Shown here one piece after another: positions 54,101-64,000 of a DNA stretch of 64,000 bases (within the stretch, counting starts at the first letter, position 1; each line of letters opens with the position of its first letter). The stretch is taken from assembly GCF_963676685.1 (NCBI RefSeq), contig NC_092351.1, forward strand, positions 25,482,001 through 25,546,000, given 5' to 3'. A program made the position numbers and the translations under genes. The notes below the pieces were generated by a model, which saw nothing but the letters and a program-made list of their open reading frames with translations, was not told the origin of the DNA and ran no database searches. This stretch comes from Mytilus edulis (Eukaryota).

Positions 54101-54775
54101 TCACGTATTATTGACTACACATGCAATGAAGTAATTGGTAGATGATAAAATTTTATTGATGCTATTACGGTGCAAAGATGATGTGTTATTTTTACAGAAA
54201 GATAGAAATGTTAAAAATAGTATCCATTGACACCGAAACAACAAATGGATTGGAACAGAGAACTATATAAGCAAGACAGAATAACTTTTAATATGTCAAG
54301 CGAAAGATTGACACACAATGTATGATTGCAGGTTGTCTCAAAATTTGAAAACGTAATAAAATTTCAATCTCAATTCAATCTTTCTTGTAACGCAGGTTAA
54401 CAAATATGCAGCTGTTTTTGAAGTTTGGTGATAACATATTGATAGAAATAAAATTATAATAAATGTTTAAAATGTTTATGGTTATTTTAGGATTTCAAAA
54501 AGACAGAACTACGTCCAAGCCTTCAAAAATATCAAGACAATTTTAATGTGAATAAATATATGGACAAGTGTATAGAGATATGCTGGTTTATGAATGTTCT
54601 TGATCCCCCAATGGTACTGAAATGGCCCATGGAACACCAAAATGCAGAAGATCTAGTTGCAAATTTTAGACATTATACAAAAGCTGGAATTCAGTTGGAC
54701 TTTGCAGTTTGGCCTGCACTGCTGTTCTATGACCAAGGTCCTCTAGTTGTGAAAGGAGTGATGCAAATGAAATGA
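48194..54775 (+). CDS. G7: MIEAP-like protein, ~388 aa, 9 coding exons
   Basis: Exons 48194-48202 (MSK), 49270-49413, 50045-50164, 50946-51022, 51289-51405, 51648-51858, 52397-52501 (or 52480), 53671-53769, 54491-54775. Motifs NPMITDISDTNRPTKVAEQFSALYDNEWTDAFD and KCIEICWFMNVLDPPMVLKWP...VWPALLFYDQGPLVVKGVMQMK*. Confidence 0.88.
53021..53558 (-). repeat. Interspersed repeat family B, long copy in a G7 intron
   Basis: Reverse complement of 30108-30650 with few substitutions. Confidence 0.85.
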
Positions 54776-54950
54776 TGTGGTGCAACTCTAGCATTAAACC
54801 TTCGCTTTATTGATTAAAAAAATATATGATTACAAGATATTGTTTATGTAAGATTTTCATACGAAGTGCTCAAAGACAAATAACTCTTACTAGCTATGTA
54901 CTGTTCTGCTCGGCGGATGTGAATAGATAAGAATTGTTCCGAACGGGCGG

Positions 54951-55243
54951 TTTTTAATGCCCCATATACGATAGTAGAGGAGCATTATGTTTTCTGATCT
55001 GTGCGTCCGTTCGTTCGTGCGTCCGTTCGTCCCGCTTCAGGTTAAAGTTTTTGGTCAGGGTAGTTTTTTATAAAGTTACAGTCCAATCAACTTGAAACTT
55101 AGTACACATGTTTCTTATGATATAATCTTTCTAATTTTAATGCCAACTTAAAGAATTGACCCCAATTCGAATTCCACGGTCCATTGAACATGTAAAATGA
55201 TAGTGCGAGTGGGGCATCCGTATACTATGGACAAATTCTTGTT
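54951..55243 (+). mobile_element. Non-autonomous Helentron/HINE-like element
   Basis: Same structure with a single core unit; just downstream of the G7 stop codon. Confidence 0.72.
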
Positions 55244-56280
55244 CTTCATGTCCTACGATAAATTATTCTACGAATAAGATATCTCAACTTTTAGTAGTTT
55301 TGTGCATATAAACCAAGCAGAACAAACCTTATTATATCGAATCAATGACAATAAATTTCACATTTGAATGATCAACCAATTGTTCACCTTATAAGTACAA
55401 TAGCTTCCTTTGAAATGTATTAGCCTATAAAGATTAAAATAAAGATAGTGCATATGTGAAAGAAATATAATATATAGTCGTTTGTAGATTTGTTTTCTAA
55501 CTTCTCAATCATGCGTTAATTCAGTTAATTGGAATTTAAATTTAAAAACGGGTAGACTACATTCTATAAATAACAAACTTGTCTTAAGGAAATTCATCAA
55601 ATTTGTAGAATTCAACGATGAAATTGACTTCCTGGTAAATATTTTTATACATTATTTAAATTTTGTTTGATTATATTGTTCGATTTAAAACAAACATTTG
55701 CTATAGTCTGCAACGTGCATGAAAAGGTTTGAACACAAGTATAATATGCTTTATTATATTAAACACATAAAAAAACTGGCATCATACAATTTTCGGGCAT
55801 ACCCATGGTTTCCTTCAAGTTGTGTCTAACTTAATATTAAGCATGCCGTAAATATTAATTCTAATGTATATACAGTTCTGTGTGTCTTAAGTTGTCTGTG
55901 GGGATTCTGGTAACAAAAATGCAATATATTGAATTGGTTCCAAAGGCATACAAATTGATATTGATATACGATAAAGGGGTTGGCCGAATACACACTAATT
56001 TATGTTTACTACTTGAACATTTTTAAACAATCTAAATCTATAATAAGATATTGTTTTCCTTACATCCAGTTGCAATTATTTCATGCATGGTCAGGGCGAA
56101 AACAGTATTTACAAGCAATCCTAGATAGCCGAACAAAACTTTGTCAACTGAACGAAGAAGAGTGGAACGTTGGACTGTCAATGGCAAATGTGTCAAAAGA
56201 GGTCCCGGTTATATAATACATACAGAAAGTTGTCCTTGTAAAGGGTTAATTGTAGACACCTTAAAATGTTGTTAGGAGAG

Positions 56281-56933
56281 TTTTTATGCCCCACCTACGA
56301 TAGTAGAGGGGCATTATGTTTTCTGGTCTGTGCGTCCGTTCGTCCGTCTGTCCGTTCGTTCCTCCGTCTGTTCGTTCGTCCGTCTGTCCCGCTTCAAGTT
56401 AAAGTTTTTGGTCAAGGTAGTTTTTGATGGAGTTGAAGTTCAATCAACTTGAAACTTAGTACACATGTTCCTTATGATATGATCTTTCTAATTTTAAAGC
56501 CAAATTAAACTTTTGACCCCAATTTCACGGTTCACTGAACATAGAAAATGAAAGTGCATGTTTCAGGTTAAAGTTTTTGGTCAAGGTAGTTTTTGATGAA
56601 GTTGAAGTCCAATCAACTTGAAACTTAGTACACATGTTCCTTATGATATGATCTTTCTAATTTTAAAGCCAAATTAAACTTTTGACCCCAATTTCACGGT
56701 CCACTGAACATAGAAAATGAAAGTGCATGTTTCAGGTTAAAGTTTTTGGTCAAGGTAGTTTTTGATGAAGTTGAAGTCCAATCAACTTGAAACTTAGTAC
56801 ACATGTTCCCTATGATATTATCTTTCTAATTTCAATGCCTAATTATATTTTTATTCCAATTTCACGGTCCATTGGACATGGAAAATGATAGTGGGATTGG
56901 GGCATATTCGTGTACTTTGGACACATTCTTGTT
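56281..56933 (+). mobile_element. Helentron/HINE-like element with three tandem 169-bp core units
   Basis: Units start at 56393, 56562 and 56731 (ttca[a/g]gttaaagtttttggtcaaggtag...); termini as in the single-unit copies. Confidence 0.8.
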
Positions 56934-57683
56934 CAACATACATTGAATTAACTGATGTCTCAATTTGACTGAATATGTGTGTGTTTTGGTATATCCAACA
57001 CAGTTTAAAAAGTCCTCCTCCATTTACAACTTTGTTTTTTATTATCACGCTAAGGTATACACAAAAGTATTAAACTTCAAGACTAAAAACTATTTTCCAT
57101 TATATACATGCTTATTTCCTGGGGATTATTTTCCACAAACGACGAATATCAAAACAGATAGTGGTTTACACTAGTCTTCGGACATGTACTAGCATATAAT
57201 TGTACCCTTGGTAAAATGAACCAGGTTTAAGGTCGCACGTAAATGTATTTCTATACATTTCGATATCAAATTCTCTTTATGCATCGAAAATAGCCAAGCG
57301 AGTTTGTTTTAAATAACCCCTACTCATTATCCAAAACAATTTTCACAAAGGTGTAGTTATACATCAAACTTCATTGGCGAACGGTCATGAACTGTACATT
57401 GATACTACTTGTTTCGAATTTGTTTTCGGAAATAAACATGGTAAACAAATTCCAAATCAGTACTGTATGTAGAAATAAACATAAGTAAAAAAGCTAACTG
57501 CAAATTTAAAATTACAAAATTACAAAACAACTTAACACCTTAATTGAAATGTGTAAGACCCATAAACGAATTTCTAAAGCTATGTTCTTTTACATTAGAC
57601 ATTACAAACCAAGGAGATCTTCGACTTTTTTGCGAATTAAAAAACACAATATTCTAACATTTTCTTGTAGAAGGAGATTAGCA

Positions 57684-60600
57684 ATGGCTTCCAGTACTGA
57701 AGGTGCCGGTCCTTATAAATCAACAGTGGTAATTTCAACGGTAATGTTTTGCATATTTTGGTTTCTAGTTACAATTTCAAAAAGACAAACAAATGATAAA
57801 TGATTGATGATTGATGAATTTTATCAATTACACCAATCTCTTGCCAAATGCCTGTCCTGGAAAAGCTTTTCAGATTTATAAAATAGAAAATCAAAAAGGA
57901 ACCAAAGAAAATGAAATTAATAAGTTGAAAAAAGTAGACAACACACTAAAATAAAATAAAGGATAAAAGGACAGAAAATAGTTTACAAAAGGCATAAATT
58001 ATGCAACACGAACAAAACTTGAAACCAGAGTGGTTTCATGAGTATCGGGATATTAAGAAACACAAACTTTCCTAAGTTTAACTTGTCGTGTTGCACTGAT
58101 GGTAAGCTGCACTTGGTAACCGTTTATTCAAATGGTCAGGCTAGAGTGCGATATTATGAATCAGAATTGTAAATTCTTATAATACGTAAGGGTCATATAA
58201 GTATGAAATCAGTAGTAAATGTTTTCTCGATTTATTAGAATGTTCGAAGTAATTTACGTATTCATTAGAAAGCCTTAGAACTGTACAAAATTTAGCTTTC
58301 TTGTTTAAAGGGGGATAAAAACCGTTATTTGGAGGAAAGCATACAACAATATTGCTGCTCAATTTAAAACAGAATACACTTAGAAAAGTCCACAAAACAC
58401 TACTGTAAACTATAAATAAATGCTTTCAAGAGAAGTTCACACCAGTAATATTGAAGTCGTTGCATTTGATATAAAATTTAAACATCAAGCGATGTTCTTT
58501 TTATATTTAAATCGAAAAATGAAGTTCTTTGGCTACTTTTTTTTTTTAACAAATTATAAATTTAAAAAAAATCCTATTTACTTGTTCTATGGTCGTACTA
58601 TCGTTTACAATATTTTTCCTTTTATCTCCACTTTTGTATTTTGTACACATTAATTCCCTAAATTTTGTAGTTCAGACTATTCATTTTCGATCTGTCTTCT
58701 GTCGGCTTATTTTCCTTCAGTTACTAGTATTACCTGGCCAGAATATTCATTTTCAATTTCCTCCTGCAATCCATCAACCTCCTCCCCTCCGACGAAAGTA
58801 ACAGTTATAAACACCAGATGCATTTTTACAATATATTTTTCTTATAAATATCTCAGTGATGCTCGAGGATAAAACGTTTAAAAAAGGAAATGAAATGATG
58901 ATATAAACCAAGAATGACAAAAAAAGTATAAACTAACAATGTCCACCAGCAGAGGTACATGTATCTACAAAGTTGTATATGATTTCCAAGTTGCAGCAAC
59001 TTTAGTAACTTTTTTATTAACTGTTTATATATATTCCTAAGATTGCAGTCTTGTACATTGTTGAGAAACATATTTTCATAGACATTCAACGAGAAGAAAA
59101 TAAGATGATACGATGTTATTGCAACAGACGCAAATCCGTCAAAGACGTAAAAATATACATCTGATTTTTCAGTTCGGGCATGAAAAGAATAAGCAGACGT
59201 CATACATGTACTTTAATTCAAGAACACTCTTCTTGTGTCGTTATTGCATTGTTGTTCGCTAGTTTGTATTACTTTGAACCATATTTTGGGGGGATTTTGG
59301 CCCCTGAGTATCTTGTCGTTGATCGTCATACTTATTCTGTAACTTGTTGTAACATAAAATCAATACAAATGTTAATGCTTGTTTGAAAATTGTGAATTTC
59401 TGTTTTTTTTCTCTGAACAACGATATAACGTGTCTTTCTATGTTATAGCAAACAACGAAAGAATTGGACAAAACTGAAACTACTGCTTCAGAACAGGCTT
59501 TAAACAGTACTGCTACACTACAGAACAGGTAAAGTGGAACTAAATTTTGATTTTATATTTCACGTAAAATATTTCCCGCCAAGTCAAGACAACTTCTATT
59601 CATAAAATTTCAAAACTTCGCATGAATATGACCTACCGAATTAGACTATTTACCAGATTTGTAATCACATAAGCAACACGACGGGTGCCACATGTGGAGC
59701 AGGATCTGCTTACCCTTCCGGAGCACCTGAGATCACCACTAGTTTTTGGTGGGGTTCGTGTTGTTTATTCTTTAGTTTTCTATGTTGTGTCGTGTGTAAC
59801 ATTGTTTTTCTGTTTGTCTTTTTTATTTTTAGCCATGGCGTTGTCAGTTTGTTTTAGATTTATGAGTTTTACTGTCCCTTTGGTATCTTTCGTCCCTCTT
59901 TTAAAACTAATCAATGTCCATATGTACTGTACAATTTTAGGGGGAATATCTTCAAACAATTATCATTGGAAAAATTGAGGTGTGTTTGACTGTCACAGAA
60001 GTGACCGACCGAATTAGACTATTTACCGGATTTGTAATAACATAAGCAACACGACGGGTGCCACATGTGGAGCAGGATCTACTTACCCTTCCTGAGCACC
60101 TGCGATCACCCCCAGATTTTGGTGGGGTTTGTGTTGCCTAGTCTTTAGTTTTCTATGTTGTGTCTTCTCTACTATTATTTGTCTTTTTATTTCTTTTTAT
60201 TTTTAGCTATGGCGTTGTCAGTTTATTTTCAATCTATGAGTTTGACTATCCCTCTGGTATCTTTCGTCCCTCTTTTCAAGTTAATTAGTCAACGACTGTA
60301 GTCGTATGTGGCAGGTGTCATCCCATCTCGCACAAATAAACGAAAATTTCTCAGCAGCAAGTTGTTGGTAGTGCATTTGTGTGTACACAAAGCACTATTT
60401 GGACATTGAATATTACATGAAACCTCGTTCAAAATTCAAGGTTTTAAACTTTCTGGACAAAACAAATCAAAGTTACGTTCACCATAGAAAACGTTATGGA
60501 AAGATGCCAGGTACTAGAAATCAACGATACTCTTTCATTCTGTTGTACAAATAGGTGTATCCGATAGAGATCTGAAGAAAAATTTACTTGATATTTATTT

Positions 60601-63412
60601 TCAAAAATGTATGAATATTGTTGATATGAACTTGTCACATTTCAATAATAGTTAAAAAAAAAATAATAAAAGGTTTTTAAATACGTTCATTTCTAGATTT
60701 AGACATACATTTAAAAAATACCATTGTGTAAATTTTAAGTTGCACTACCAATAACTTGCTGCTTAGAAGTAACAATGCATTTTTTGTTATTGTGTTTTTA
60801 AGTTGCTGTCTCATATGACATTACTTCAATGTCTCTTTTTATTCACATTGCAGTGATGTTGCTAAACCAGGTATGATTGAAAAAGCAAAGACTGGACAAC
60901 AGCGAGGAGGAACTAAACATGAAAATAGGATAGTTGGAAATCAATGGAGCGAATGGAAACCGACTGGAGTACAAGACTTGGATGCAATTCGTCAAATCCT
61001 AAAAGAAGCACTAGAAGGTGGTCAGACGTCAATGGAGGTTCTTCATCAAAAAGTGCAAGAGTTGATAGAAAGGTAAGGGTAGATAATTTTGGGATATATA
61101 AAATGAAAACAGATGTCAAAACATTTCTATTAAGTTCTAATAATTACATTAGAAGTATGTTTCATTATAATACGTTATTCTGATTGGCTAACTGCACATC
61201 ACGTGTTATTCCTTCAGCAGTTGCATTACTCAATAAAACTTATCATGCATGATAACACGAGGTCCGACAATAAAGTGCACAGGTGAATATGTAAATTTAA
61301 AAAAAAAATGATAAAATTCGTGCTTTCATGATCCTAGCTCAAAAATGTAATTATAAGTATTGAATGCTTCTTTTTGTAACTTTATACATTGTAGGGTTGT
61401 AAAAGCGTTGACCGTGCGCACATTTTTAGAATGAAGCACTTCCGCGCTTTTACAAAATGTACTTCGGTCAACGCTTTTACACTCCAATAAAGTTACAAAA
61501 AGAAGCATTCAATTTTTAAGTATACTATATTCATACTACCGACTTTTGACTCCTGGTAAAATAATAAATCAACTTGCAACCTATAGCTACTCTGTGGTAA
61601 GATATTTTGGTACTCGTTTAAGTAGGAGCAGCTTTAAAAAGTGAAAACAAGCTTGCAATCTGTTAAAAATTGGTCATATATAGAAATTATAGTACAGTTA
61701 TTTTTCTGCAAATTGTTACGAATAAAAGCTTGCTAATACTTCTGTTGGTTGCTCTTTGTATAAATTATTAGCGCTGGAGTCAAAAGTCGGTATCATGAAA
61801 ATAGTCTATTGCATACGCATTGTATAATTACGCTTCTGTAACGCCATACACATTATTACAACTTTAAATCGCTTTAAATCAAATCACAACGATTGGCCTA
61901 CATGTATGGGTGTGCTTGGTCTGAAACAATCATTTTAGAGTGAATCTGATGAATAACACTTGAGTAAAAAATGTCCAAGTATAACATAGTGATATAAATT
62001 GAAAACTAACAATTATGTCATTTTTAATTTTGTTTTGTATGTATGAAATTATTTTTTTAAATGTTTGTATTTACATGATTTATTACAGTTACACAATAAT
62101 TTTTTCGACTAACTTTCAATTAAAAGTAAGCAAAGAGATACGGAAATGATAGAACAATTACAACAGAAAACAGAAGAACTGTCAAGGTTACTGAAGGAAG
62201 AGAGAGAAAGAAACGAAAAACACAGAACGACACAAACACAAAACCAAATGACAGAAAAAGAGAAAGAAATAGCAGATCTTAGAAAAGAAACCACAGGACT
62301 TAAAGAGGAAACTGAAAAATTGAAACAGGAAGTGGAGACCTTGAGAACAAGGTAATCATGAAAATCATCATCGTCATCTTTTGAATGAAAACAAACATGG
62401 AATGTACATCAATTTTGACAAGACATAATGCTGAACAAAATTAAAGCCCAGTCTAACGTGTGTAATGCATTTACTCCCATTTAATTGGTCATTATTTCAA
62501 ATGTTTCTGTATTTAATAAACACAGAAATGTGCCAAGGATTTTTTGCTAGATTATGAAAATTTAAGACAATACTAAAAGTTATACAGTTTTACCTATTTT
62601 TACCACAGTACCAAAAATAAATCCAACAGGAGCCATAACATTGACCATCAGCTGTTTACAAGTTACTTATTTTTCTTATATTCAATCAATACTAACGTAT
62701 AATTATTTACATTTTATGCTATGCTATTATAAATCTGATTTATATATTTATTTAGTCTAAGTAAAGCTGCAGGAGATAAGTTGACTGATGGTAACCCTAC
62801 CATTACTGATCTTAGTGATCCAAATCGTCCCCAGAAACTCTGTGAAAAATTCAATAGCTTGTATGACAACTTATGGACTGATGCATTTGAACATGTTTTC
62901 AAAGATGAAAATAACGAGAAATTATCCGCCGCAAGACTAGTAGATATATTCAGGGTAAATACAGAGTATTGTTGTGTATAATTCCTACTAATTGCAATTT
63001 TACTTTTTTACCTTGAATTTCATTTTGACTTGTTATATCATTATTCAAATCTTTTTGTTTTATTCAAAATGTATCCATATGCTTCTGTTTTAAAAGTTTT
63101 CCTTTATACGCAAGATCTCAGTAAAACTCTGAATAAATAAATAATTTCAAATACGTGTCCAAAGTATATTTATAACAGATATTTTCTACATTTTAACGAT
63201 AAATCCCATGATAATTACATCAAAATAAGGTAAAAAATATAGCAACTGAATATAGAATATAAACAAACATAAATAATCATTTGAAACAGTCTCTATGATT
63301 AAAATTTCAGAAATGTTGGGAGTTTTGTCGTGAATGCGCTGATCGTCAGCTGGAAATGTTACAAGAAAAGTTTGTGCGACCAGAAGTTATCACGGAAGAA
63401 ATGAATAGACAG
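57684..63412 (+). CDS. G8: coiled-coil MIEAP-like protein, 3'-partial (continues beyond the window)
   Basis: Tentative first exon 57684-57728/57740 (MASSTEGAGPYKSTV), then 59449-59528, 60854-61072, 62127-62351 (heptad-rich E/K/Q coiled coil), 62756-62954 (LSKAAGDKLTDGNPTITDLSDPNRPQKLCEKFNSLYDNLWTDAFE), 63311-63412 (KCWEFCRECADRQLEML). The last two exons are missing from the window. Confidence 0.83.
59630..60277 (+). mobile_element. Two adjacent family A terminal fragments (~59630-59902 and ~60003-60277)
   Basis: Both match the reverse complement of ~5014-5290. Shorter relics at ~26-200, 4064-4140, 15188-15290, 17980-18075 and 37470-37512. Confidence 0.75.
60348..60768. mobile_element. MITE-like element with ~23-28 bp TIRs
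   Basis: agcagcaagttgttggtagtgca (60353-60375) versus tgcactaccaataacttgctgct (60741-60763), one mismatch. Confidence 0.65.
61359..61513. repeat. Long nested inverted repeat (fold-back)
   Basis: Perfect 27-bp arms 61359-61385/61487-61513 enclosing perfect 17-bp arms 61398-61414/61465-61481. Confidence 0.85.
61524..61805. mobile_element. MITE-like element with ~30 bp imperfect TIRs
   Basis: actatattcatactaccgacttttgactcc ... ggagtcaaaagtcggtatcatgaaaatagt. Confidence 0.65.
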
Positions 63413-63494
63413 GTATGTTCACTGTATTAAAAATTTAAAAACCTTCCAGTGAAAGAGAAAAAAAAACAAGCAGAAATACATACAAAAAACGTTA

Positions 63495-63850
63495 TGTAAT
63501 TTATGAAACTTGGATGTTCAGTAAAACCCATCCCAAAGTAGGGAGTGCGGTAGGTTGTGCGGGATGTATAAGTACGTAGCCACATCTGTTGGGAATGGAA
63601 ACGGTCGATCCGATGCATCGTATTTGGAGAGTGCCATTCTTTGCGAACGTTGAGAACCCTTGCAAAATCTGGGAGGGGTCCGTAGTTGACCCTTTGAAGA
63701 GCCCCTACCTAATATGTCCTCTTTTTCTAGTCGCAAATCAAATTTCCCAGACCTTAATTACGGAACCTACATACAATTTTACTGTTAATTTGTTTCGTCC
63801 TGAACATGCATGAAATATTTGTCACTTAACCTAGCAAACCTCAATTTATC
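63495..63850 (+). mobile_element. Probable SINE remnant (core plus 3' tail)
   Basis: GC-richer body followed by the tail tcgtcctgaacatgcatgaa..cact; the same tail, ending in (CAAT)n, occurs at ~46381-46453 and ~54005-54065. The family assignment is from memory of bivalve SINEs. Confidence 0.5.
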
Positions 63851-64000
63851 AAATATAACTACGATTAAAAGAAGATGTAAGGTACTCGTCAAAGTGGCAG
63901 TGGCTAACGACAAAATAACCCTTGGGGTACTCTTTTGGTACTGATTTTAAGTAAACGTCGTATAAAGCAAGGAGAATTGACAGTGACTGACAATCAATAA

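Noticed and set aside
58650-58800. Minus-strand acidic peptide-like stretch (FVGGEEVDGLQEEIENEYSGQV...)
   Set aside because: Multiple stops, no family recognised, and not needed for the G8 reading frame.
612-63412. Assigning the symbol SPATA18 to any of the genes
   Set aside because: Only domain-level similarity is recognisable; orthology cannot be shown without a phylogeny.

Overview
AT-rich eukaryotic genomic DNA with spliceosomal introns and one scaffold gap. The repeat families look like those of a bivalve mollusc, most likely Mytilus; this is inference from repeat recognition. The window is a tandem cluster of eight divergent multi-exon paralogues (G1-G8; G1 and G8 are cut by the window edges). 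They encode proteins with a mitochondria-eating protein (MIEAP/SPATA18)-like C-terminal region. I rebuilt the exon chains by hand: every junction closes in frame and intron positions and phases are conserved across paralogues. Seven genes lie on +; G5 is inverted and head-to-head with G6. G3-G7 (and weakly G2) share an unrecognised ~95-aa helical N-terminal module joined to the MIEAP-like domain by a hypervariable linker, whereas G8 has a coiled coil there. Introns and intergenic DNA contain Penelope-like element fragments, degenerate hammerhead motifs, Helentron/HINE-like elements (one with a 169-bp internal array), a Helitron with a 78-bp array nested in a 3.7-kb TTAA/TIR element, MITEs, an RTE LINE fragment and SINE remnants. 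I saw no rRNA, tRNA or CRISPR.
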